Of a stretch of DNA of 64,000 nt, positions 44,213-54,465 are shown piece by piece. The stretch lies in the IMG/VR virus record IMGVR_UViG_3300043443_000309. One strand, 5' to 3'. How positions within the stretch are numbered: the first letter of the stretch is position 1; every line of letters begins with the position of its first letter. Below the pieces are notes generated by a model, which saw nothing but the letters and a program-made list of their open reading frames with translations, ran no database searches and was not told the origin of the DNA. Made by a program: the position numbers and the translations under genes. The stretch comes from an uncultured virus (IMG/VR IMGVR_UViG_3300043443_000309). Its lineage: Duplodnaviria > Heunggongvirae > Uroviricota > Caudoviricetes.

Positions 44213-47200
44213 ATGGCTACTTCAAGACGAGGAACAAATTTCAAAGAGTTTGCGGCGACGCTCAGGTATCCACCAATACAAGTCGAAAATCAGAGTTCTG
44301 ATCCTTTGGCAACTCCACGCGCGCAATTCCTAAAAGACTTCGCCATAAATGTTCTAAATGATGTTCTGAAAGATCTAAAAGAACAAGGTCTTGAAGAGTA
44401 CGCAAATGAATACAACAAACATCCTTTTTCTAATTATAAAGAGAAAATAAGACAGGACGAATCTCTAAGAAATCCAATCAATAAAGCACTCAAAGCGTCC
44501 TTGGTTAATGACGCCATGCTTCAATCTGGAGATCCATTCGCGGAAACAATCTACGACATTATAGACAGCTTTACCGATAATGTGACCTTAGATAAGGACG
44601 GCGTGTTTGCTAAAGGTGACAACGGTGCTAGAGCAAGAGAAGAATTATTGTCAGCGATGGGAGTCAACTCCGTTAAATTACTTGGCTTTATTGCTCTTTC
44701 CTCTTTGGCCAGATCAATACCTATTGAACAAGTCACTCAATTTAACGTCCAAGAATACCTGAAATTTTTAGACCCCGTGTTCTTGCTAGAAAAGCTTATT
44801 TCTGGTATTAAGGATCAATCAATTAGTAATTCCATAAATGACTTTAAACTAGTTGGACGCTTCATAAACGGTGTATTAACATCTTCACAGTTTGAGTCAA
44901 AGGTCCAAAAAGCTTTCTTGGATTACATTGCTGAGCAAGACGACCTGCCTAGTTCTTTGCGAACTATAGCTAGCTTCGATGAAATAGTCTTTATAACCAA
45001 CCCCGATAACATAAACGAAAACTCTGACGAAGAAACGTTTAGGGCTGTTTCAACAATAACTTTCGATCTCTTACAGAACGGTAAACTCGGTATCGACATA
45101 AAGCTTGTCTCAAAAGACTTACAAGGTAATGTTCTCGGCGAGCTTTCTCTAAATAATCTTTCTGAACAAATGACCGGTCTTGTTACAGGCGCGCAAGATG
45201 ATCTTCAATCTATCTTTGATCTTCTTGAAAGCTGCGAACTCCCAGACGCAGACATGTTCAACAAGTACAGGAAGTTAGGGGTAGCAATAAATCAATTCTT
45301 CAAAGGGTTTAAACCCATAAGGCTCGGCAAGACAAAAAGAGGTAAGATAAAGATACCAGATAGGCACGAAATAATTGAAGCTGCTTTAGTCAGTGCTTTA
45401 GTATCTAGCTTTTATGTCGCTACAGCGACATTATTCAAGTTAGTGCTCCAGTATCTTCAGAAGCTAGTACCAGATTTATCCTGCGCGCAAATTTCTGGTA
45501 TGTTAGTGCCAGAAGAAGTACTGGGTCCAAGAACACAAAACCTTGCTGTAGATCCTTTCCAAGCAGCTAAACTCATAGCAGATAGCCTAAAAGATAGTGC
45601 AGCAAATACAAAAAGTAGTATCGACATTCAAAGCGTTTCTGCTCTTCTAACAGAGATCGCAAATTCTATAGGTTTATTCAACGGCGTTGACATAGTTGCG
45701 TTAAATGAATTCGTGTCTCTGTCTATTAGCATCTTGACGCAGAGAGAATTCTGTGAGCTTATCACCGGGACTCCAACCGGTGAAGTAATCACATTAATGC
45801 AAAACATTATTGACATTAAATTTCCAAACGCAGGGATCAGTAAAGTCCCAGAAGACATTATAAGGTTCTTTACAAGCATTTCTACAATTATCGATCCCGG
45901 TTGTGAGGCTATCCTTGATACTATCGATTTACCTGTTAATACAGTATTTTGTGCGACACCCGAATACTATAAGCTTTACAATGAACTTAGAACAGCCCTT
46001 CTTAGAGAGCGAGGCTTGTCGGATGGTGACATAGAAATACAAATTAACAAAGTCTGTGAATTGAACAACCGACAGATTCAACAGTTTCTGGATCTGTTAA
46101 ATAATGACGATCCACTAACCAGTATGATCCCGCTTATTCAAACAGGAGATCCTAACTGCGGGCCAGAAACATCTCTAGGCCCAATCATGGATGTCGTCAA
46201 GCCGGAACTAGTAAGAAGTTACAAAGCTATTTTTGATCCACTAAAAGACACACTCGATAATAACTTAGTTGGAACAAGCGGGTTTCTATCTACAGTTTTA
46301 TCTGCTAAAAACGGTCTTCCGTTCCCTATCTATTTAAAGATTGCCAAGTTAACCTCAGAAAGTTACGATCAGGCACAAATAATGTCTTATCAATCACAGT
46401 TAGCCATGGCCGCAAGAGTAGACTCTCTACTTCCTACTGACACTTTAAAAATTGAACTAGAACAATTAGCGCAAATAGAATACGATCCTAGTCTTTTGAT
46501 GGTAGAACCTAAAAAGATTGGATCTTGGCTACGATTAAACCAAGAAGAATTCTGCAACATCGGAGCAACTGGAAAGATGTTGTCAACTCCACTAAGTCTG
46601 GAGCCTGCCCCATTCAGGAACATTGTTTCTTCTTTGGTTCTTAGTGATGAAGAGTTAGAAAGAATTCGTTATCTTTCCAATCTAAAAGAAGAAGATTTAA
46701 CAGTATTGCAGTTTGAAGACATTATCACTTATGACGACTTGTACGGAAAATACGGTCTCGGTAATCCAAGTTCTTTGATCAGAACTGTTGGGTATTCTGG
46801 AATGACTGATCCAAGACAGAATACTATAGGTAGCTTAAGCTTCGACGGAGTTCGACAGCTAAATCTACGGTCTGGTGCCCTGAAGGAAAAGATAATCTTA
46901 AATCCAAACTGGGTGTATTCAAGAGTTTTCTCCTTAGTTCATCCAATTTCATTGATGCAAACACTCGCAGCAAAAGTATTCGGTGGTTTAGATCCGTATG
47001 TGACAGGAATTCCAAAAGAAATAGAAGTTAAGAATGGTAATAACCCACTTGCGATTCCCGGATTTAGAAAAGGAATTTACTACAATAAACCAGCTTATCG
47101 TATAAAAGCCTACAATTTCTTTATCTTTCCTTTTGACAACGACTCAAAGGGTGTCGGCACGATTACTACAAAGATAATAGACTATCTCCCAGCAAGTTTG

Positions 47201-50200
47201 GAAGGCTTGAATGATCGCGGTATAACCAGCAACAATCTTCTCGGTTCTAATGGTTCCTATCAATTTAAAGAACAGACAGAATTAGAAAACGATCCAACAA
47301 ATGCTTATACTAAAACTAGAAAGTCATACGAACTATTACAGATCAATAAAGCCCATAATGATTACCATGTTATGACAACAGATGAAGACATTGCAACCTT
47401 GAATGCCGTGGGACCACAAAGAGCAGTTGCTAATGGAATCAGCCGTCGAGCTAAAGTATTCGCAAGTACCGTATTGGATGCGTTGCGAGACAACGTTGGA
47501 ATCTCACTTGAAGAAATCCCCAACCTTGCCGAGTATGCCGAATACTTACAGAAAGACTTGTATAACTATGTGTACAATTCGTTCTTAGACAATGTGTTAA
47601 AGATCCCGGCCTATAATGGTAAAAATCTGAGCTTTGGTGTTACAGATCAAAGAGTTAATACATTAAATTCATTACATGTAAATACAGTTACTGGTGAGCA
47701 GAGTCCCGTAGCTCCCGAAGATTTTGGAGGCTCAGAACTCGATCCGGCTATCTATTTCTACAATAAGCTCAGCGATGACTGGAAAAATCTTTACAACATC
47801 TATGTCAGGGAAAGAAATACGGATGTCAACCCACCAAGAACTCCAGTACCAGATTTTGAAGGATTTGCAGAACGTGCGGCAGAACTGTACCTAAAGTTTC
47901 AAGAAGAAACTAGAGAATCAAATGACTATAGCAATCAATTCCCGTTTGACCTGATTATTTCTAAATCGTCAATGGTAACAATAGATAGCTTGGTTGAGAT
48001 GATGATCAAAGTATTCTGCTTTGAACACTATTATAAGGCTTTCCCCGTACTAAATCCTGTAGAAATAAATGATAGCGTTTTTGACAATGTATACTTTGAC
48101 TTCTTGGCGAAAAGATTCAAGTCATACGCCCAACGCGCCGCTCCACACGCGAACAAGAGAAGACAGAAAAGCAATAAGTTCTATTACATGATAATGGAAA
48201 TGTATGTAAGCTTATTACTCAAAAAGAAAGATGCTAAGGTTCTCAAAGAGCTAACAGAGACGTTGGACCAGAATTTACAACAGATTGCTAGAAAGTCTAA
48301 CATCTGGAGACTTGGGGTTCCAAGCGTTGGTGTAAGTGAAAAAGAAGCAACATACCTTAATGCTGTTGCAAGCATCGTTAGGTTTGAAGTCCCCGGCTTC
48401 CCACTTGGTACTATCTCATCCGGTATTGCTGCTTCACAAGGCACTATCGGACCTGTAAATAGAATTTACGAAGATGCCAAGAAGAAACGTTCTGAGCAAG
48501 TACGGTTGAGGAACGATTTCTGGAATCGTATTATGGAAGACTGCGAGCCTATCTTTGAAGAAATCCTAAGAGAAAGATTTAAGACAGAAATGGCAGAAAT
48601 TTCTAAACAGCTTTCTATCCTAAACATTGATTTGATCAAAGAAAATAGCATTTTGAACATGCCTATCAATGGCGGTCCCATAATGCAAAACGACGAGAAG
48701 ATCCCATCGCCGGACGGCACCGCGTACATGAGGAATGTTTATACACACCATCCTTTAGCGATGTACTCTGCTGGTAATTCTTTAATTTCTGAGTATGGCT
48801 ATAGAAGCTATTATGGAACCGAAGAGAATAATAATGACAGGAACATGAATGGCTTTCTGTTCACATCTCTATACAACAAGCAACCACATGGTAATGACAC
48901 CGTTATTTTGAAGAACAATCCGAAAGAACCTGTCTACAAGTATTCTGTGATTACAGACGGAGAAGATTTTGAAAGTAACATAAGGGGGGCATTCCAAGAC
49001 TTTGATCCAAGGAATCTTTATGTAGCTTCCAAGAAAGAAAAGATGGATTTCGCAAAGTACAGCCCAGATTTCTTAACTCCAAGCCTCTTGAACTTCATAG
49101 AACTACAAAAACGTAACATAACAGTGAACAAATTCCTTATCTCACCCGAGCATACAAAGGCAGATAGCGAAAACAGTGACATAAAATCTCTAATAGCTTT
49201 TCAAGATGATGCATTGGAGCTAAAGGCGATACAAGAAAACATGGATTCAACTTATGGAACAATGAGGATTTCTAACATCTTTCTTGCTGGTGATCCGTCT
49301 GGATTTGTTAATGAGGGTGAAGACCTAGACCTACCAGAGACTAACTATGGTCGTCTAAAACGGTACAAGATAATTTCGACAGAAGGATCCGAATTCAGGA
49401 AGGTTGGAATTGATTCGTTTGTTATTGGCGGCGAATCTGCTTCCAATCTACCTTTAATGTTTGGTCAAGAACCTCTTCCATTCGTTAACGAACAATACAT
49501 CAATCTAGAACCGTTAGAAGCGGGAGAAAACCCAAATCTCATCAACATAGATCGATCCTTGTACATCGACCCAAATACTGGCATCGATTTACTTGAAAAT
49601 ACTAGAACTACTCTAGAAAAAGTACTGTATAACTCAACTGCCTACGACGTTAGAACATTCAGCAGTACAACTGGACAAAACTTTGAAGCTTTGACACCGG
49701 GAGTATTCCAAGGACCGTCGAGCTTGACCGCGCTTATTTACTGGCTTGGCAGCAGCGGTTTCTTAGGAGGCGGTGTAATAGGACAGGTACAGATCATAGA
49801 TTCTATTGGAGCCGATTATTTAGACCTACCAATAAAGCTATTTTTCAAACCCGGAACCTTTAAGTACGGTGTTAGAATGATGCTTTTACAGCCAGACTCT
49901 AATTTAACGGTCTCTGAAGGGTTGCATGAGTACCTAGAAAACACAATGTTGCCCGAACCGACACCTGCCGATGCAGCTACCAATTTACGAGAGCGTATAA
50001 GAACACAAAAAGTCTTGCTCAAAGAAAATGGCTATGGTATTCCATTGTTCAAAGCAGAAAGGCAGGTAGAGTGGACTTTCAGAGACTTGAAGAACATCTA
50101 CGAGGCTTATACTGCTAATTTGACAGAAGAAATCCCTTCGACACTAACCTTTGAGCAGGCATCCTCAAAATGGATTGATCATACACCCTTAACCAGATTC

Positions 50201-50734
50201 CTAACGATTCAGCTTTTCAACGAGATCACTTGCGGCGATAAATACAAGAAGGTATTTGATTACAGTATTCCTCTAAGATACTTTATGTCTTTGAGCGCAA
50301 TCTATACCACTAAAGGTTTCGTTGAGTCGGTTGGATCAGCTATTGACTGGAATGGAGTAAAAACAGTTAATCCAAGAGCATTCACAAGAAGAGAACAGGA
50401 TGTGTTGTTGCCGTTCTATCAGGCTATTAGAAAAGTATTCTACTATTCTTATAATTCATTTGATCCATTCTATCTCGGAGAGGGTGACGACGAGGAAGAT
50501 CTAATTACTACCGAAGCTGCCAAAGGCTTAACACACAGACCAAGTATTATAACTGATAGGGGAGAATCAATTGAAAGACTGTCAGAGATACAATCTGACA
50601 TCTTGAAGGCTAACCAAGTAGACCCACTATTCCGTGAAAACCTTGGAGATCTAAGAAACATAATTGGTTATGGATACCAAGACAGGGTTGTACCAGATCC
50701 AACTAATGGAGAAGGAGATGTTAGTAATTCATAA
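44213..50734 (+). CDS. very large virion protein (2173 aa)
   Basis: long ORF; GCTACTTAT at 44188; precedes the gp25-like gene. Confidence 0.8.
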   Translation: MATSRRGTNFKEFAATLRYPPIQVENQSSDPLATPRAQFLKDFAINVLNDVLKDLKEQGLEEYANEYNKHPFSNYKEKIRQDESLRNPINKALKASLVNDAMLQSGDPFAETIYDIIDSFTDNVTLDKDGVFAKGDNGARAREELLSAMGVNSVKLLGFIALSSLARSIPIEQVTQFNVQEYLKFLDPVFLLEKLISGIKDQSISNSINDFKLVGRFINGVLTSSQFESKVQKAFLDYIAEQDDLPSSLRTIASFDEIVFITNPDNINENSDEETFRAVSTITFDLLQNGKLGIDIKLVSKDLQGNVLGELSLNNLSEQMTGLVTGAQDDLQSIFDLLESCELPDADMFNKYRKLGVAINQFFKGFKPIRLGKTKRGKIKIPDRHEIIEAALVSALVSSFYVATATLFKLVLQYLQKLVPDLSCAQISGMLVPEEVLGPRTQNLAVDPFQAAKLIADSLKDSAANTKSSIDIQSVSALLTEIANSIGLFNGVDIVALNEFVSLSISILTQREFCELITGTPTGEVITLMQNIIDIKFPNAGISKVPEDIIRFFTSISTIIDPGCEAILDTIDLPVNTVFCATPEYYKLYNELRTALLRERGLSDGDIEIQINKVCELNNRQIQQFLDLLNNDDPLTSMIPLIQTGDPNCGPETSLGPIMDVVKPELVRSYKAIFDPLKDTLDNNLVGTSGFLSTVLSAKNGLPFPIYLKIAKLTSESYDQAQIMSYQSQLAMAARVDSLLPTDTLKIELEQLAQIEYDPSLLMVEPKKIGSWLRLNQEEFCNIGATGKMLSTPLSLEPAPFRNIVSSLVLSDEELERIRYLSNLKEEDLTVLQFEDIITYDDLYGKYGLGNPSSLIRTVGYSGMTDPRQNTIGSLSFDGVRQLNLRSGALKEKIILNPNWVYSRVFSLVHPISLMQTLAAKVFGGLDPYVTGIPKEIEVKNGNNPLAIPGFRKGIYYNKPAYRIKAYNFFIFPFDNDSKGVGTITTKIIDYLPASLEGLNDRGITSNNLLGSNGSYQFKEQTELENDPTNAYTKTRKSYELLQINKAHNDYHVMTTDEDIATLNAVGPQRAVANGISRRAKVFASTVLDALRDNVGISLEEIPNLAEYAEYLQKDLYNYVYNSFLDNVLKIPAYNGKNLSFGVTDQRVNTLNSLHVNTVTGEQSPVAPEDFGGSELDPAIYFYNKLSDDWKNLYNIYVRERNTDVNPPRTPVPDFEGFAERAAELYLKFQEETRESNDYSNQFPFDLIISKSSMVTIDSLVEMMIKVFCFEHYYKAFPVLNPVEINDSVFDNVYFDFLAKRFKSYAQRAAPHANKRRQKSNKFYYMIMEMYVSLLLKKKDAKVLKELTETLDQNLQQIARKSNIWRLGVPSVGVSEKEATYLNAVASIVRFEVPGFPLGTISSGIAASQGTIGPVNRIYEDAKKKRSEQVRLRNDFWNRIMEDCEPIFEEILRERFKTEMAEISKQLSILNIDLIKENSILNMPINGGPIMQNDEKIPSPDGTAYMRNVYTHHPLAMYSAGNSLISEYGYRSYYGTEENNNDRNMNGFLFTSLYNKQPHGNDTVILKNNPKEPVYKYSVITDGEDFESNIRGAFQDFDPRNLYVASKKEKMDFAKYSPDFLTPSLLNFIELQKRNITVNKFLISPEHTKADSENSDIKSLIAFQDDALELKAIQENMDSTYGTMRISNIFLAGDPSGFVNEGEDLDLPETNYGRLKRYKIISTEGSEFRKVGIDSFVIGGESASNLPLMFGQEPLPFVNEQYINLEPLEAGENPNLINIDRSLYIDPNTGIDLLENTRTTLEKVLYNSTAYDVRTFSSTTGQNFEALTPGVFQGPSSLTALIYWLGSSGFLGGGVIGQVQIIDSIGADYLDLPIKLFFKPGTFKYGVRMMLLQPDSNLTVSEGLHEYLENTMLPEPTPADAATNLRERIRTQKVLLKENGYGIPLFKAERQVEWTFRDLKNIYEAYTANLTEEIPSTLTFEQASSKWIDHTPLTRFLTIQLFNEITCGDKYKKVFDYSIPLRYFMSLSAIYTTKGFVESVGSAIDWNGVKTVNPRAFTRREQDVLLPFYQAIRKVFYYSYNSFDPFYLGEGDDEEDLITTEAAKGLTHRPSIITDRGESIERLSEIQSDILKANQVDPLFRENLGDLRNIIGYGYQDRVVPDPTNGEGDVSNS

Positions 50735-50771
50735 GTAAAACATACTTATGGTATACAACAGGAGTAAAGAA

Positions 50772-51146
50772 ATGGCGATAGGTTATTCGGCTAAACTACC
50801 ACTACAATACAGTTTTACTGATGGCCTTTATGGTCTGAACAAAAACATTGCCTCTGTTGTCAGACAAAACATCAAAATGGTAGTTTTTACATCTCCCGGT
50901 GAACGCTGTATGGACATAAAGTTTGGTGTCGGTATAAGGACGTATCTGTTCGAACCAACCACCGAGACTACCAGAAGTAATCTAAGAGATCGGATAATCC
51001 AACAACTAAACACATACCTTCCATTTGTCCAGATAGTAAGTCTTAGTGTTGTAACAGATGACCTAGAACCGAATAAACTCTATGTTAACATGGAATACAG
51101 ATTTCCGAATAGTGAGCTTCAGGTACTGAATCTTGAAGTTAGATAA
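50772..51146 (+). CDS. baseplate wedge subunit, gp25-like
   Basis: QNIK...TSPGERCM..FGVG...LFE...YLPFV. Confidence 0.88.
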   Translation: MAIGYSAKLPLQYSFTDGLYGLNKNIASVVRQNIKMVVFTSPGERCMDIKFGVGIRTYLFEPTTETTRSNLRDRIIQQLNTYLPFVQIVSLSVVTDDLEPNKLYVNMEYRFPNSELQVLNLEVR

Positions 51147-51188
51147 ACCTCTTACTATAACTACTTACATGTATGGCGGTGGTAACTA

Positions 51189-53003
51189 ATGACTAACGAC
51201 AATTCTAAAAAACCACTCATAAGGTATAGCTCTAGAGATTTCGAAAGCATAAAAACCGATCTTATTGAGTTCGCGAAAAGGTATTACCCAGATTCATACA
51301 GAGACTTTAACGAAGCAAGCTTTGGTTCGCTCATGCTTGATAGCGTTGCTTATGTCGGAGACATAATCTCGTTCTATCTGGATTATCAAGCAAATGAATC
51401 CTTCTTAAGCACCGCTGTAGAATACAACAATGTTAGAAAACTAGCAGAGCAAAATGGGTATAAATTCCGAGGACCATCAACATCTAGTGGACTAGCGCAG
51501 TTCTTCGTACTAGTACCGGCTTTAGCTGCTTCCCCTGTTAGCGGCCCCGATCCGGCTTACATACCAGTTTTAAAGAAAAACTCTACTTTTGCTTCGTCAA
51601 ATAATGCAGTATTTACATTATTGGATGATGTACGATTCGATACAACAGATACCGAGATAGTACCAGCTAGAGTTAATACCACTACAGGACAGCCAACCTA
51701 TTATGCCTTAAAAAAGAGTGGTGTCGTTATCTCTGGCAGAATGACTACAGAAACGGTTGACATTGGTGCTGCTGAGAAATTTAAGAGAGCGCCATTACTT
51801 GGAAGAAACATCAATGAAATAATGACTGTCTTTGACTCACAAGGACATGAGTATTATGAAGTTGATTACTTGACACAGAATGTTGTATACAAAGAGATTG
51901 AAAATAAAGGATCCGATAGGGAACAAGTTCCTTCTATTCTTAGACCTTTTAGCGTTCCTCGTAGATTTACTTTTGAAACAACACAAGAAGGAACTTCGTA
52001 TTTACAGTTCGGCTCGGGCGCTGAAAGCGAACTAACATCGCCAGCCTACGCTGAACCAAATACAATTCTATTACAGAGGTATGGTAGAAGTTACGAGACA
52101 GAACAAGACTTTGATCCAAATAAACTTCTAAATTCTGATAAACTTGGAATTGCACCCTCAAGCACTACTCTAGAAGTCACCTATCGTTTTAATGACAGTA
52201 CAACCGTAAACGTACCGGCAACCAGATTAAACAGAATACTAACTCCAATTTTTGAGTTTACTTCCGAATTTACTTTGAATTCTGATGCCGTTACTGCTGT
52301 TAAAACCAGCCTAGAAGTTAGCAACGAAGAACCGATTGTTGGACAATCCTCTCTTCAAAGCTCTGATGAAATCAGAAAACGTTCTATGTCGTACTTTGCA
52401 TCTCAAAATCGTGCTGTTACACAACAGGATGTTGAAGCTGTTTGCTATGCAATGCCAGCAAAGTTCGGTTCTATTGTCCGCGCAGGAGCCTATAAAGATT
52501 CAAATTCATTCAAACGAAACATAAATTTGTATGTATTGACTGAAGATTTTGCTGGTAAATTGATTGCACCATCTGGTTTGATGAAAGACAACTTGAAAAA
52601 TTGGTTAAATAGATACAAGATGATTCACGATACCGTTGACATTCTAGATGGACTTATCGTGAATTATGCTGTTGAATTTACCATTCTTGTTGATAGACAC
52701 ATGGATAGAGAGGTGGTTTTGGCAGAGGCTAAGAGAACTTTAGCCAATCATCTAAGTCGCCCCGGTTTCTTCGGACAGAATGTTTCTATCTCCGAAATGT
52801 ATTCTGTTCTGAACAAACAGGTAAGAGGTGTTATTGATGCCAAAGGTATACGTTTGATCCCACGATTAGGCGGAAATTACTCTTCAAACGGATTCGATTT
52901 TGTTACGGCTTTGTCGGTTGATGGAACGTACATGGTCGTACCAAAAAACGTTTGTATGGAACTAAAGTATTCTGATGTCGATGTTATAGGAGCTACTGCA
53001 TAA
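51189..53003 (+). CDS. baseplate wedge subunit, gp6-like
   Basis: DFESIKTDL, YVGDIISFYLD.QANESFL.TA, QNRAVT..D. Confidence 0.88.
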   Translation: MTNDNSKKPLIRYSSRDFESIKTDLIEFAKRYYPDSYRDFNEASFGSLMLDSVAYVGDIISFYLDYQANESFLSTAVEYNNVRKLAEQNGYKFRGPSTSSGLAQFFVLVPALAASPVSGPDPAYIPVLKKNSTFASSNNAVFTLLDDVRFDTTDTEIVPARVNTTTGQPTYYALKKSGVVISGRMTTETVDIGAAEKFKRAPLLGRNINEIMTVFDSQGHEYYEVDYLTQNVVYKEIENKGSDREQVPSILRPFSVPRRFTFETTQEGTSYLQFGSGAESELTSPAYAEPNTILLQRYGRSYETEQDFDPNKLLNSDKLGIAPSSTTLEVTYRFNDSTTVNVPATRLNRILTPIFEFTSEFTLNSDAVTAVKTSLEVSNEEPIVGQSSLQSSDEIRKRSMSYFASQNRAVTQQDVEAVCYAMPAKFGSIVRAGAYKDSNSFKRNINLYVLTEDFAGKLIAPSGLMKDNLKNWLNRYKMIHDTVDILDGLIVNYAVEFTILVDRHMDREVVLAEAKRTLANHLSRPGFFGQNVSISEMYSVLNKQVRGVIDAKGIRLIPRLGGNYSSNGFDFVTALSVDGTYMVVPKNVCMELKYSDVDVIGATA

Positions 53004-54463
53004 TGTCTATAAAACGGTATAATGCTACAAAAGATAATACAATCACCAATGCTCTAAAAGGCGATTTGCTTACAAGAGCCACTGGTTCTAATACTGGTTT
53101 GGCAGATGTATTAGAAACTTTTGTTATTTATGGACAAGCTTCGACTTCTTCTATCGAAAAGAGCAGAATACTTGTACAGTTTGATACAGATCAGATGACA
53201 GCAGATCGAGCAGCAGGTTCGTTGCCTTCTGCTGGTAACGTAAGCTACTACCTCAGAATGTTCAACGCTGCCCATGGCTACTCAGTACCGAGGAATTACA
53301 GCCTTGAAATTCGTGCTATAAGCGGATCATGGGACGAAGGGCGTGGCATGGATCTAGATGAATACTCGGATTCTGACGTATCCAACTGGATTAGTGCTAG
53401 CTCAACTACTGCTTGGGTTTCCCAAGGTGGCGATTACCATGCAACCCCAGCCTATTCACAGGCTTATGGAGCCGATGGAACAGAAGATCTAGAAGTAGAT
53501 GTTACAACCGTAGTAGAACAATGGTTAGCTGGAACAAAATCAAACCATGGTCTTTTGATAAAGGTATCTGGTTCGGATGAGAGCGCACCAACAACCTCAC
53601 TTTACACAAAGAAATTCTTTGCAAGGTCTTCACAGTTCTTCTATAAGAGACCAGTAATCGAAGCTAGATTCAACAGTGCAAAAAAGGATAAAAGAGGTAA
53701 TTTCTTCTATAGTAGCTCGCTTTCTACCGCTGCTGAAAATCTAAATACAATCTACTTCTACAACTACCATCGGGGCATCCTACGGAACATTCCGGCAGTT
53801 GGAACTGGAAACATTTACGTTTCTTTGTTCTCTGGCTCTACAGGCCCAACTGGCTCTGCACTAACACTTGTGGCTGACGGAACGAACGTCACCGCTGGCT
53901 CTCCAACGGTCGTTACAGGCGGTTGGGTATCCACGGGCGTCTACTCGGCTAGCTTTGCTATCACCGCTGCCACAACGCCATTAGAGACCATTTTCGACGT
54001 ATGGCACAATGGCAATCTCACCACCCAATACTTCACAGGCTCCATCGAGCCACAGATTCTTACTGGAGAATCTTCAGTAAATGCTGAACAGTTTACTACT
54101 CAAATAACAAATCTCAAGCCTACTTATACAAGGGGGCAAACAGAAAGATTTAGAGTTTACGCGAGACCTAGAAACTGGAGTCCTACAGTCTACACAGTCG
54201 CCACAGCAACACCTGTCGCCTCAATGATAGAGAGTGGTTCCTACAGAATCTACCGCGTTATAGACGATCTAGATGTAATTTCATACGGAACAGGCAGTAC
54301 GCAACACACGGCACTTTCCTACGACACAGAAGGAAACTATTTTGATTTAGACACAAATCTTTTCGAAGCCGGTTATAGTTATGCTATAAAGTTCTCTTAT
54401 TACAACGGGTCTATCGGATCTTATGTTGAACAACCTGAGACTTTCAAGTTTAGAGTAGAGTAA
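53003..54463 (+). CDS. structural protein with DNRLRE-like domain
   Basis: SRILVQFD, SWDEG, DVTTVVEQW..G..NHGLLIK. Confidence 0.65.
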   Translation: MSIKRYNATKDNTITNALKGDLLTRATGSNTGLADVLETFVIYGQASTSSIEKSRILVQFDTDQMTADRAAGSLPSAGNVSYYLRMFNAAHGYSVPRNYSLEIRAISGSWDEGRGMDLDEYSDSDVSNWISASSTTAWVSQGGDYHATPAYSQAYGADGTEDLEVDVTTVVEQWLAGTKSNHGLLIKVSGSDESAPTTSLYTKKFFARSSQFFYKRPVIEARFNSAKKDKRGNFFYSSSLSTAAENLNTIYFYNYHRGILRNIPAVGTGNIYVSLFSGSTGPTGSALTLVADGTNVTAGSPTVVTGGWVSTGVYSASFAITAATTPLETIFDVWHNGNLTTQYFTGSIEPQILTGESSVNAEQFTTQITNLKPTYTRGQTERFRVYARPRNWSPTVYTVATATPVASMIESGSYRIYRVIDDLDVISYGTGSTQHTALSYDTEGNYFDLDTNLFEAGYSYAIKFSYYNGSIGSYVEQPETFKFRVE

Positions 54464-54465
54464 TA